Assembly: GCF_009914755.1 (NCBI RefSeq)
Contig: NC_060925.1
Reading direction: 5' to 3' (one strand)
DNA: 64,000 nt
Origin: the human T2T-CHM13v2.0 reference genome, Homo sapiens
The position numbers and the translations under genes were made by a program. The notes beneath the pieces are model-generated. The model saw only the letters and a list, made by a program, of their open reading frames with translations, did not search any database and was not told where the DNA came from. Within the stretch, counting starts at the first letter, position 1. Every line of letters begins with the position of its first letter. Shown in pieces: positions 40,154 through 54,054 of the stretch.

Positions 40154-41374
40154 TTTCACACAAAATTTTCCATAAAAATTTAAAATTTTATCCATTGACT
40201 TCCTTTCAGGGGGTTAATGCACCACAGTTCTAGAACCATTTAATTAGGAGCTTTACTTGAAGATTGAGCTGACAACATATCTACCCAATCTTTACACTGT
40301 AAAGGAAACCAGGGGCCTACCAAAATACTCAACACTCTCTACTACATAGACTCAACTATCCAGGGAAATATTCAAAATCAGGTTATAAGTTAACCAGCGT
40401 TCCAAAAAGAAGAATGGCCAGTGAGGAATACTAGAGTTCATTCTACCAGAATTATTCTTACAACTTTAGTCTTTTTTCTTTTTTAACCAGATGAGCACAT
40501 AAGTGGGAGTAATTGTGTATCCTATTTTGATTTATGCCTCCTAGAATTGACACTCTACATTTTTCTTTCCAGAATAGTGATAACTAGCTGAGTGCATAGA
40601 AAGACCCAATCCTCTTAAACCAGATTGATTTTCATTGCCTTAATTCACTTTTCCTTCTCTGCTTTGATGTCCTACTGACTGTTGAGACAGAATGCTAAAT
40701 CATAGGTATGCACATACACACAAGAGGGACTTCTATACAGGAGGCTTTAATGACTGCCGTGTGCCCAGATAATTTGGACCCATGATTAAAATCAGACATT
40801 TTAGAAGTTATTTTCAACCTGAGGCCATGTGCTTACCTTTCACCCCTCCTCATCAATGCAGAGCCACAGTTTGCAAAGGATCCTATTTCTTTGATTTTAT
40901 TTTGTGGTTTCAAAGCTAGGAAAGAATTCCACCTAGTTTGAAATTACAGCTAACTACAGGTAAAGAATGTTACTATGTGTGCCTTGGTCCACTAGAGCCA
41001 AGGATAATATAAGGAACTAGCCCAAGACATTAAAATGTCTGCACCAATTGTGGTCATTGTGTCGGGGTTCAGGACTCAGTAGGAGCAATCTTTGTTGATG
41101 GATCTTTGTGTGTGGGCTTGTGTCCCAAGTGAGGGCCATCAAGCCAGTGAGTGAGTTGGCATTGCCAGAAGGTTTGCAGGCAGGCTCTGAATCTGAGATC
41201 ATATTCTGAAACTGAGTTTTAAACTTACTAGAGCAACTGCCTCCATTTATTGTCAGTTCATGGAACTTCAGAGAGGAGAAAGGCTTGGGTGGTGCAGGTG
41301 GGTAGGGAACAGAAGTAAAACATTCCCCTATGTCTGTGAATCCATGAATCTGAAGATCCTGATGTGATGTCCCC

Positions 41375-41648
41375 AGTTCTGAGAAGTCTGTGGTTTGTAA
41401 AAAGCAGTTTGTGATCCATTAATTGTTCAGGAAATCATCTGAAGTAGCCGCAACCAACTTTTGTAAAAAATCTCAAAATAAATAGATTAGGAAAAAAATC
41501 AAAGAATATCACAAGTAGTCAGAGTAGAAATGTTCTATAGAACACTTATTTCAACTATGTTTATATTCATCATTGTATGTGTTTGATTGTAATGCAAAAT
41601 TTATTTTTTTATTATGGGCTGATGGTCAAAAAAGTTTGAAAGCCCAAG
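41375..41648. mobile_element. hAT-Charlie type MER fragment
   Basis: GGTCAAAAAAGTTTGAAAGCC terminus typical of Charlie-derived MERs. Confidence 0.45.
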
Positions 41649-42104
41649 TTTAGGTGGCCCTGCAGCCCAATAAGAAGAGTAATGCCTGTTCTCTGCATCT
41701 TCTGGACCTGTCTGGTGTAAATAGGAGATTAAATTCACTCATTCTGCAGTGATGTTGGTTCTTTTAAAGGAAGTTATTCCTGAATTAAATAAATTCAAAT
41801 GAACATCTATACCTCTTTTTCTCCTTATTTCCCCGAAACTACTGTTGCTTAAAACCCCGTCTTCACACCAGAAGCCCAATCTGCCTGCTCCAAGAATTCT
41901 CTTCCTCCCTCCCTCTTTCCTTCCCCTCTTTCCTTCCCACCTTCCTTCCTTGCTCCCTTTCACTGTTGGAAGACTGGAATGAGTATTTTCAGAGTCAGGA
42001 AGGTTTCATAGCCAAGGCAAACTGTGGTTGGAAGCTGAAATTGTAGCAAATAAGCAATTAAGGTGGATACAATGTCCCCATACACCTTCTACAAATATTC
42101 CCAT

Positions 42105-42615
42105 ACTGGGGCAGGCCCTCATCACTTCACACCTTGGTTATTGCCATGGCTCCCAGCTCGCTCCCTGACTCCAGTCCTTCCTCATGCTACTCCATCCTGC
42201 CCACATATGCCAAATTAATACTTCCAATATATTGTTTTCATTATGTAATTTTTTTGCTCAAAATAACCTAAGGCCGCTATCTCCTACGGGTAAAATCTGA
42301 ACTCCACACCATGCCATTCTGGACTCTCAATAATCTTGCTTCGACCTGTCTGACCACACTTATCTCTGGGTGCTTCTCAACTTGAAGCCAACTCATGCCT
42401 CCTCAACCTCCTGATATGCTGCTCAGTACCCTTCATCTATTCTTCATATCTCAAATTACACAGATTCCTCCTCAAGCTGAACACATGTAAAATTACCTGC
42501 ATCATTTATTTGAAATTTCCACAGATCCTCATCATTGTTATTTTACTGTTTCATATTAATGTATCTGGTCTCCTCAAGTTACTCAAAGGCAAGTTAATCA
42601 AGGGCAAGGTCTCCT
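42105..42615 (+). mobile_element. L2 fragment
   Basis: GGCCCTCATCACTTCACACCTTGGTTATTGC...CTCCCTGACTCCAG L2 ORF2-end pattern. Confidence 0.55.
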
Positions 42616-42625
42616 GTGTGCCCCT

Positions 42626-42991
42626 TGATATGGTTTGGATCTATGTCCCCACCCAAATCACACCCTGAATTGTAATAATCCCCACATGTCATGGGAAGTA
42701 CCCAGTGAGAAGTAATTGAATCAGGGGGTGGGGGGGTGGGTTTTCCAATGCTGTTCTCCTGATAGTGAATAAGTCTAATTAGATCTGATGGTTTTATAAA
42801 GGGGAGTTCCCCTGAGCAAGCTCTCTGGACTGCCACCATGTAAGAAATGCCTTTGCTCTTCCTTAGCCTTCCACCATGATTGTGAGGCCTCCCCAGCCAT
42901 GTGGAACTGTGAGTCCACTAAACCTCTTTTCTTTATAAATTAGCCAGTCTCAGGTGTGTCTTTATTAGCAGCATGAGAATGGACTAATACA
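42626..42991 (+). mobile_element. THE1C-like solo LTR
   Basis: TGATATGGTTTGG...GGACTAATACA; perfect TSD cccct (42621-42625 / 42992-42996). Confidence 0.93.
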
Positions 42992-45900
42992 CCCCTCCTC
43001 CCTCTCAGGGTGCTATCTAATATTTACCTGTGGAAACAATAGCTAATATTTGCTGAACATTACCAAAAGCTGTGTTAAAAGTGCATTATTTAATTTCATT
43101 TTTAAACATGTATTATTTTATACTTTCTGTACAGATGATGGAATGGAAGAAAGAGAACTAAAGGAGAGCCATCAAATCAGACAAAAGCTATCTGTCTCTT
43201 TGGAGAGACAACCTCTGGGCTCATCCACTGCATTACATTCTTAGAGCTTGTAGAAGAGCGGTCATTAAATATTTTCAAGGCTACAGACTCCTTCAAGAAT
43301 TGATAAAAGCTATAGAACTTCTTTCCACAAAAATGCATGTATTGCACACTGAATGTCTGCATGCAGTCCTTGAGGGGAGGACCTCTGAGGCCTATCTCTG
43401 AGTCTGCAGTGTCCATGAGCCCATGTCAGGAATTCCTGCAACACACATTATGTGATTTTAAAATACTTAAATGAAAGTTTTTTCCAGTGTCCTCCAGAAG
43501 CAAATTCCATTAAACAAGCCAATGTGTATAATATTACCCTAGAAATTCGAGAGTTGGTGTAATGCAAATGGGAGATATGAGCATGTGTGTGCATGTGTGT
43601 GTGCTTGTGTATACCTTCACATCTTATCTATAAACACATGCTAAGAAGTCATCTTTAGTTTCAGCCTTATTCCTATAATAAAAATGTCAAGTCTTATGAG
43701 GTGGATAGATTCATAGGATTATTATAACCCCCATTCAATCAACAAAGAAGCTAAAGTCAGAAAAGGTATTTGATCTACCTAAGATTACACAGCTGACTCA
43801 GTTTTCTATCTCTTCACTAGACCTCATTGAAAATCAATGTTCTCTGTAGAGGAACCAGTACTACTAAAGGCAGGTTATTGAACGAGGGCTAAGTTGAAAA
43901 CAAAGAAATTGGAAATTCATGTTAAAAACCATTAACAATAATTAGTAATAATAGTATCTTAACCATGATTCCAGATGCCTGGCCTTCATGCTTTCACCTG
44001 CAGGTGATGTTGGTCAATACATGCAACCCATATGGGATAACAAAAGTGCTTTTCGAGAAGGTGTAATGACTGTTGTGATACCTATATGTGCTAAGTAAGT
44101 CCATAAATGTCAATGTGTCTCTTAATGTAAACTAGGCTTTCAAGTCAAAAATCACCTGGTTTATTCCACATTTGCATTCTGGTGTAATATGCATATTTAA
44201 AAATCAGAAAAAAGATGAATATTAGCAGCAGTTTATTTATAGCTCATTTCTGGACTTTCAAAGTCTCTGGTTCCAGAACCCCTTACATTTTCTGCCCCAT
44301 GAATTCTTAATGAGTTCCAGTTGAAAGTGCTACAGTTCCCCATTCAGGCTATTAAAGGAAAAAAAAGAGAGAGAAATGCAAAAAAAAAAAAAAAGAAAAA
44401 AGAAAAAAGAAAAAGAAACCTAAAAAGTGTGTTTTCCTCAACTACTAGGACTTCTAGCTGATATAACTTACCCCCTTTTCCCCTCTCCTGGCAAATGTTG
44501 GCAAATATGTTTGCAGTTGGACAGGCCTGCTATGTTTTTAAATCCTTTTAATCCTCTTTATAGTAACAGAAACATTTGAAGCTGATCTTTGAAGACTCTG
44601 TAGAGTGCAGAACACCTGCAGCCTAGTGCTTTGTGTTAACAAACACCCAGTGTGAGCTTAACACAATTGGGCAGGCGCAGAGCTGGCCCCAGAATCTTCC
44701 TGGAGTAATGAGGGTCTCTCTTCCCCTCTGACCTTGCCTTCCCCAACTTAAACTTGCTCTGGTAAATGGCACTCTTGCCCTCTGACCCTCCCCAAATGGC
44801 TCAATGAATCATATAAGGGCTCATAAAAATGATTTGCCAGTACGTCAGGAAGTAGAAAAAACTCAGTTGATTCCAGATTGAGAATCATTCAAATCACTAA
44901 CAAATGCTCAGTCACTCAAATCACTAACTCAAATCACTCAAATCACTAACAAACCCCCCTTCCCTCTCTATTCAGTGGCTAGAAAAGTTGATTACCAAAG
45001 ATTAAAGCCAATGTTGATGATAGTCTCCCAACCAAGTAGAAAAAACAGGACTTTATCCTCTCTCCTCTTTAATTTTTTCCTTAACTAATGAGATGAAACT
45101 AACATTGTTCACAACCTCTTTGATATCAGCTGAGATCTGTTCATACATTAGTAGATGTTTATCTCTCTTAGAGTAGAAATCATATTTGTTCTTTACCATT
45201 TATATTTCTGTTCCCTTATATTAGTTGCTCCACTAGTAATCTCTAAGAGGGTTAAAAATAATCCCACTGGATTGAAGTTGAGTAACTTTTCAAACCAACT
45301 CTACACTAAAAAATTTTTATCTAAAGCATACATATATGAATTACTCTTGGTTATCAAAAGGACTCACTAGAGTATGTTTAGATGGAAAAACACTCTATCA
45401 TGTTAAATATATTTGACGAATAAATACATGCAGAGTTTTTGGGAAAATACCCAGTGGAAATGTGAGAAACAACTTGGAGTGTTGTCAGGCTATTCCACTC
45501 AGTAGCTGAAAACAAAAAGACATACATGCTATTGAGCTCAATGGGGGAATTCAAGCATACACAGTGTCTCAGGTCACCTGGAAAAAGGAAAAAGAAAAAA
45601 AGGATATTCTTCTTTTATTTTTGTCTCAGCCTAATTATGGTGCTTGGATTGCCATTAGTCCAGTCTGGTTTCTGGGGCTTAGCCCAAGCCTGGGCATGAA
45701 CACTAAATGTTTTTCCTTTCAAATTCAACATAAATGGTATATCTTTCTAAAATTTATTCTTCATTCCCTCCACTAAAAAAGGAAAGTCTCTCTTTTCTTT
45801 GAATTACTTCCACGTCTTCTACAAACCTTTACAAGTCACCACCGAGTGCACCTGCTACAGCTCACTGATGCTGGGTTTAGGTTCCAGAGCATTTTTCAAA

Positions 45901-47535
45901 GTGAATTGTTGAATATTTTTAAAATATGCATTTTGATAAGCTTGAGCAAGCAAGTTTCCCCATGCATTCAGACCTGTTGTTTCTCTGATGGTTGGTTGAT
46001 TTGCCAATTCAACCAAAAGGAGCTAAGAGAAACAGAGAATATGACAAACACATTCATGCTCAACCTAGTGCTTCTGGAATCATAATACTGCTACTCTGGT
46101 GCTGCTTGTGTATATGAAATGCAAATGTTTTAATTCTAAGATAGATTGCCATTTTCAATTTATGCCTTAACCTAACAGTATTCAAGTGTTGTATGAATAC
46201 TGAAAATCATTGGGCAATTCCTGAATTCAGTTAAAATATTTATTTTCTTACAGCTCCATGTTTCAGTATCTCTATAACCAGGAAGATAAAATAGTTGATT
46301 TTCTTTTTCTTCATTTTTCCTTCTCATGACTACCTGCTTCCTCGGGTGATGAGTGGGATGAACAATGTGATAAATTAACAATATTTGACAGGAAACAGCA
46401 TTTTAAGTGTAGACCACTTAATATACCTAACTCTGTGAACTTTAATAAGTTATGTAAATTTTTATTCTAAATTTCTGCATCTACAAAAGTATGGGTTTGA
46501 ATGAGATTTTATCTGAAGTATTTTTAAGGCCTAGAATCCTATTATCTGATAAATTAAATTTGATTGAAACAAGATGAAAATAACATATTACCACTATGAG
46601 TCTGAATACAATAGAGATCACAGATATAAAACTTATTTAGTTATCCATGTATATATGTATATGTATATTTATACCTACATTTACAAAATTGAAATTGTTT
46701 ACTTTTATTGATATGATCCCACAAGATAATAAGTAATTTTTAAAAATAGAGGAGAGATCATCTAGAAATAGGAAGAGCAAAAGAAAGCATACTTAGATTC
46801 ATTGAATAAAAAAATGTCTGAGGATCAAATGGGAGGCAAAAATAAAATCATAAATACTGGACTCAGAGATAGCATAGGACAATAGAAAAGACTTCCCTAA
46901 GTTAATTCAGGTAAATGTGCTAGACAGATGAAGGAGTTAACACTGTTTCAATGCTTGGAAACCCTTGCACTCAAGTGTATAAGCATTCGTGGGAGGCAGG
47001 AATATTTCATATGAAGATAGAGAGCATTTGCTATAGGAATATAGAGTTATTTCTATCAAAGTAGTCTAAAAGCTCTATTTCTACTTTTACATTCTTAATA
47101 CAGAGCACGTGCAAGTAGAAATAGAGAACTATAATACAAATAGCCACACAACTTCCTACCACTTTATCCTAATAAACACCTGGAATTTCTTAGATACTTG
47201 CTCTGATGGACATTTCACCTATCACATGATGATAAAAGCAGTCAGAAATGATATATTCCAGAATGACTTCAGTTTGTAACAATAGTCAAAATGCCCTTTA
47301 AAATTATATTCAGAGCAAAAAACAATCATGAAGGAGACAATAATAGGGGCATATACTATAATATTAAGCACTAAATAAAAAGTCACAATTTCTTTATTCC
47401 ACTTTTGTTCAATTCTCTAATAAGGAGAATAATCTTCCAATTAAGAAGACATCTATATTACTGTTGCTACAAGAATGTGGATGAGAAAAGAACTTTTTCT
47501 ACCAGACATTCTTCTCTCAGTATAAACTGATATAA

Positions 47536-47718
47536 TAAACAGATCAAGCTATAAAAGAAATAGATTATACTAAGTGCAATATATACATATAGATTATACT
47601 AACAGCAAAAATTTATAGAAGTATATATATTATGTGTTCGTGTACATGTATATAAGTACATACATATATATATTTTGCACTTAGTATAACCTATTTCTTT
47701 TATAGCTTGATCTATTTA
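47536..47718. repeat. 44-bp inverted repeat (2 mismatches) with a 95-bp spacer
   Basis: TAAACAGATCAAGCTATAAAAGAAATAGATTATACTAAGTGCAA (47536-47579) matches the reverse complement of 47675-47718. Confidence 0.93.
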
Positions 47719-48040
47719 TACATAGTATATATAATACTATAATATGTACTTTATACATAATATATACTATATAATAGTATAATATACTATATATGCTATA
47801 ATATATACTATTATATATTACATGATAGTATATATTATATTTATAGATACATTAAATGTATAAATATATAACACATATTTATAAATTGTATATTATATAC
47901 AATATATAATTATATATTTATAAAAACATTTTAAATTTATATGTTATATAATTTATAATATATTAAATAACATAATTTTATAATATATAATATGTATTTA
48001 TATATAATTATATATTATTACATATAATAATATGTATGTT
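47719..48040. repeat. AT-rich low-complexity (TA)-type tract
   Basis: Almost entirely A/T over ~320 bp. Confidence 0.9.
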
Positions 48041-48169
48041 CACACACACACTCCTATATGTGTATATAGGAGCCATTACAAACAAATAGAATTAGGGGAT
48101 GGATGTTGATTTTATATGTAATGCATAAACACACACACACATGCACACACATTCACACTGGGAGGCCAA

Positions 48170-48520
48170 GCCCTCGGGTATGTTACCTGGAAAAGACTCA
48201 TAGAGGCTACACTGACTGAATCCTGCAGGAGAGATCTGAGTATAGTAGAGGTTGCACCTCAGAATTATTCGTTAAAAGAGAGCTGGAGTGTTTCTACACT
48301 AGTGTCCCCAACCATCACTGGTTAAGGGCTGCCCTCAGGAAACCATTTATTCCCAGAAAGGCTCTCCGTGACCATAGGCAATGTGGCTCTAGCCACCTGA
48401 GGCAGCCCTCCAGAAAAATGGTTGCTGGATGAGAATGGGAAAGCACCCTTGTGGTTGGTGTGCAGGAAAATGGAAATGGATTTGAGGGAAAGTGAGCCAA
48501 GCACTGAAGCCGCTGCTACA
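48170..48520. mobile_element. LTR33/LTR16-like old LTR
   Basis: GAGCTGGAGTGTTT...CATCACTGGTTAAGGGCTGCCC motif; recalled similarity. Confidence 0.45.
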
Positions 48521-48639
48521 CTCCCTCAGAGGAGATTTGCACTCACATGTGCCTGGGCTCTCTTTCTTCAGATGCTCACCAGCTATTGGAAAACTATTTA
48601 GACAGCAGATCTCAACTCTGTGGATGACTCAAAGGAGGG

Positions 48640-49200
48640 AAGAATAGCTAAGTTAGATCAAGACTGGAAAGCGTTTTTGAATCACGGACTCAAATTAACA
48701 GAATAAAATTTGATGGGGATACAATAAAGCCCTCCCACTTAGCCTCCAAAAATCATCTGGATAGGTGTGACATGAGGAAGAGGGGGATTAACAACAATTT
48801 ATATGGAAAAGACAAGGTCTTGTGGTTAACACAAGTTCAATATGAGTCAATTATGCCATAACTCGATAGTACGCTGGACCTCACACAGAGAGACAGTTAA
48901 GAATTAAAGCTGCCTAACACAGACCAGGAAAGAATTAGGAGAGAAAGACTGTGAAAGGGGATAATATTTATTTCATATTACTCTAAAGGGGAAAACTAAA
49001 TAAAAAGTAAAAAGTACAGGAAGGCAGATTCTGGCTCAGGGTGAGGAAGAATTTTCTGATCATTAATGCCAGACACATGCTTTTTAAAAGAAGTGCTTGG
49101 AGTTGTCTGACCTGAGGCTGGATGAAATTCTCCGGAGATGCTGTGGAGGGGATTTTTGTTTAGAATACAGAAGAGAGGGAATTTGGAGTGAGGACTCTGC
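48640..49200 (+). mobile_element. L3/CR1 fragments
   Basis: GAATAAAATTTGATGGGGATA...AAGTTCAATATGAGTCAA and GGCAGATTCTGGCTCAG...GAGGAAGAATTTTCTGA CR1-type motifs. Confidence 0.55.
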
Positions 49201-50665
49201 ATCCCCATTCAACTTAATCATTCCGTGGTTCTGTAAATTTGTTTGGCAATTTTGAATGAAATGGCTATCATATAAGCAGGGAGCAACCAGAAGCACAAAG
49301 AGAAACACTCAGGAGCCCGGAGAGTCTACCAGTGGATCTTTAAGTCACTGAATTATTGAAATTGGCAGTACATATTGAGCATCATTCAAAATTCCTGCTC
49401 AGCTGTCAGTGTTTGGAAGGTAATGGGAAAGATTTGCTAACCCTGGACATACCTTTGCTTATGTCCATGCAAAGAAAGCCAGGAGGAAAAAAAATCTTGG
49501 AAAATTTTTCTTACAGGGAAAAAGGGGAAACTTGGACAAGTAAGAGGAAAGGAAACACAATGATGGGAAAAGAGAAACACGGTGCATCCACTCACCTTTG
49601 CTCACCCCTATTTCCTACTCATTGTTGTTTTGGATGCATTTACTTTCTTCTCCTCTGGGTCCGATCAACGGCTGACCACATCTGTTTAATTGGAAGTATA
49701 CGTCATCTTGGTTTTGGAATATAGGCAAATATGCACTTAGTTTTTCTCCAAGCCAGAAGGTTGCTCAATGTTTAAGGCTTGTGCCGGTGGAAAGCCAGGA
49801 AACAGGGAACAATGGTGTCAGGATAGAGAGCCGTGCAATAGAGAAGATTAGATTGTTGTCATTCTACATGCCTGTGGGCAATTTCTGTGACCTTTTTAAA
49901 AGAGGATCATCCCACCCATAAAGCAGAACGTCACACAAATTATGGTGATATCTTTTTACTTTAACTAGGAAACCTCTTTCTTCTAAGATCTCAAAGTACT
50001 TTGACTAATTAACAAATTAATCTTTACAAATTCCCTAAGGAGATTGCAACAATTATTATCTTCATTTTACATTTTAAAAAAACTTGAGATTAGTGAATGA
50101 GTAGAAAGAATAAATGGAAGAATCTAAAGAGGAGGCTGGAAGTCTCTTTGAACCCAGCTCAAAAGCTATGTAGCAATCATCCAGATTTCCCCAAACACAA
50201 TTTTTATTAGAACTGATGATCCCTAAACAAATACGTTAGAGGCCTTAGGAAATAACCTAAGGTCACCTTCAGAGATTTTTGGAATGACAGAATAATTACA
50301 TTGTATCCATTTGATTTGGCAAGGAAACTTTTAAAACTTGCTGCAATATAAGCTTCAAACACTGCAGCCTCTTAAACGAAGGACATGTAGAACTGGACTG
50401 ATCATTCTCACTTTTGGGGATAAATTTCCTACGCTAGTTAGGTAGTATTTAGGTCCAAGGTATTTACAGACATCACTGTTTTAAGTGCTACAGCTGATTT
50501 TTATCATCCATATTTAAACACACACATACACAAACACGTATACACACACAGTAAAAGAAGAAATTATTTAATGCATAAGCTATACCTTAATAACAATAAA
50601 AGCTGTAATCCCAAAATTCTTCAGATTGCTTTTGGAAGAAAACCATAAAGATGTAATGGTCAGTT

Positions 50666-51156
<491 letters not shown>

Positions 51157-52731
51157 AACTGATCATTTGATCTTTATGGATTTCTTCCAAAAGCAATCTG
51201 GAGAATTTTGAGATTACATCTTTTATCATTATTAAGATGTAGCCTATGCATTAAATAGTTTCTTCTTTTACTTCACCTTCAGTGCCAAATTAGACAAACA
51301 AATGATTTCCACGAAATGCATTTAGAACATTCTTGCAGCAGAAAAGTGGACAGGTCTTGTGAAGATTATGTCAAAGGTCAAGGCAAATACACATGTCCAA
51401 AGGTTTGCTCTCTGGCTCTGCAGCTCTTGGTGGATATGTTGTTTTGGTGGCAAAGGAGAACAAATGACAGACTGAATAACTTTTTCAAGCTAGGTGAGCA
51501 GAATAAAAATGTACTGGGCCAATGAATTTACTGTCTGCAAGGATAAGAAAATCAGAACAGATGAACGTTTAAGAAAATTAAAAACTATTTTATTCAGTAA
51601 GGATGAACAAATATGCTTGGAATCCAATGTTCATTTGCCCTTTTTCTCTCCTCCATATAGAAACAGACTGAGGAAAATCCCATATGAAAAAAATATAACC
51701 TGTCTATTACCTTTCTGATTATGAACTGGAACAAAATCTGGAGCCAAACTATGAAAATAAAACAAAACCCACAATAAAAAGAGTGGATGATAGAAATTCC
51801 TGAGAGTTTACTATTTGTCTTTTTACAGGTGTAAAAAAATAGCCACAGCACCTCAAACAGTGATGTTTGTAAGTAACTTGGACCTAATAGATTGTAGGGT
51901 TCATTTGCACTTAATAAGCTGCAAGCTCCTTTCACAACTATAATAAAGCTCTCTGATCTTTAATTATTGTGAATAAAATGTATGTAGAGACAGCAGAGAC
52001 TGCAAACCAAAGCAAAGAACTTTTGAATCCAAGACTGAGAAATCCTAGATATACACATAGTAGTGTTCATAGTAATTATGTGCAAGTCTTTATGTCTGTA
52101 TGCATTCACCTCTGTTGGAATGAATTACTGGATCATATATTACGTATGCATGTATGCATTCATTTCTCTTGGAAATAAAATTCCTGAGTCATATGATACT
52201 TACATGTTTAATATTAAAGAAACTCTGTTTTTCAAAGTTTTAACCAATTTATAACTCCCTTCAGCCATGTACAAGAGTTCCAGTTGCTCCACAGCATAAC
52301 TAGTCTTTCAAATTTTAGCCATTCTAATGAATATGTAGTATCTCAATGTGTTTTTAATCTGTGTTTTCCTAATGACTGTTGACTCAACAACGTTGAGTCA
52401 TTGTTGGATGTTGAGCATCTTTTCATGTGCTTATTGGGTGCCTTATTGTGAAGCATTCACTCAAACATTTTGCCCATACTTTAAATAGAGATGGTTGCCT
52501 TCTTGTTCTTGAGTCTTTATTACATGCTGGGTAGAAGTCTATTAACAGATATATAGAGAGTAAATATTTTCTCACAATCTGTGGTTTGCTTTTTTTATTT
52601 TCTTAACTGTTTTTGAAAAACAAAATTTTAATTATGATAAAGTCAAATTTTTAAATTTTTGTTTATATAGTTTTTGCCCCTTTTTTGTTCCTATTTAAGA
52701 AAACTGTGCCTATCCCAAGGACATGAAAAAA

Positions 52732-52862
52732 TGTGTGTGTGTGTGTGTGTGTGTATTATATATAATGTATATATATTTTGTATATATATAATATATATTA
52801 TATATATATTTTGTATATATATTATATATATATTGTATATATATATATATTATATATATATA
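52732..52862. repeat. (TG)n then (TA)n-rich microsatellite at the MLT2 end
   Basis: Read directly from the sequence. Confidence 0.9.
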
Positions 52863-53267
52863 ATTGGCTTACATAGTTATGGAGGCTAAGAAGTTTCAAG
52901 ATGTGCAGTTGGCAACCTGGACACCCAGGAGAGCCAATGGTGTAGCTCCCATCTGAGTCTGAGGGCCAGAGAACAAGAAGAGCCAATGGTGTAAGTCCTA
53001 GTCTGAGTCTGTCTAAAGGCAGAAGAATACCAGTTTCCCAGCTCAAAGACAGTCACAGAGAGCAAATTCTCCCTTACTTAGGCTTTTGTTCTACTTGGCC
53101 TTCACAGATTGGATGAGGCCCACCCATACTGGGGAGGGCAATCTACTCAGTCTGCTGATTCCAATGTTAATCTCATCCAGAAACACACTCACAGGCACAG
53201 AGAATAATGCTTAATCAGATATCTGGGAACCAAATGGCTCAGCCAAGTTGACACAAAATTATTACAC
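52860..53267 (-). mobile_element. MLT2B-type (HERVL) LTR
   Basis: AATTGGCTTACATAGTTATGGAGGCTAAGAAG...GATTGGATGAGGCCCACCCATACTGGGGAGGGCAATC...CAAGTTGACAC. Confidence 0.85.
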
Positions 53268-54054
53268 TATTTTTTTCTTATATTGTTAAGTAGAAATGCA
53301 GACTCATTTTTTTCTAGGTACATGACCAGTACCATTTGTTGAATTATGACCCAAATAATTCAGATTATAAATTTATCTTGTATCTTTGGATCAATTTTTA
53401 TGCTTTTAATTTTGTTTCATTGAACCTTTATCTGTTTTTCAATGCATCATTTTTTTAATTGTGAGTTTTATATTAAGCATGGGAAACAAACATTTTTCCT
53501 TTTTTCAAAATTGTTTTGGCTGTTGTAGAATTTTTTGCATTTTCACATAAATTTTTGAGTCAGCTTGTCAAGTTCTGCAAAAAACATGTCGGTCTTGCAC
53601 ATATTTTATTAAATATATTCTAAAGTTTTTTATATTTTTGTGATACCTTTGTAAATAATATTTTAAATATTATTTCTACATTGTTACATATAGTGATGCT
53701 AATGAATAGTAATATAATTGATTTTAGAATATTGAACTTGTGTCCTACAACCTTCCTAACTTCACTTAATTCTAGTAGATTTTTTTAACTTTTGTTTTTG
53801 TAGATTCCTTGTAATTTACTATGTATGTTATAATGCTGTCATTTTGTAAAGACAGTTTTATTTCTTCCTTTCCAATTCGTGTGCCTCTTATTTATTTTCT
53901 TGCCTTATTGTACTAGTTAGAATCTCCAGCACAATTTTGAATGTAAAAGATGAAAGTGAACATCTTTGCCTTGCTTACTATCTCAAGGGGACAGTATTCA
54001 CCTTATTGTAATCTTAATTATAGGGTTTTTTGTAAATACTATTATTTATTAAAT

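Larger units (their letters stand above)
52130..54050 (-). mobile_element. Old L1M ORF2 fragments, interrupted by MLT2
   Basis: GAGTTCCAGTTGCTCCACA...TTTTAGCCATTCTAATG...GTTGAGCATCTTTTCATGTGCTTATTG...CTTGCCTTATTGTACTAG. Confidence 0.75.
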
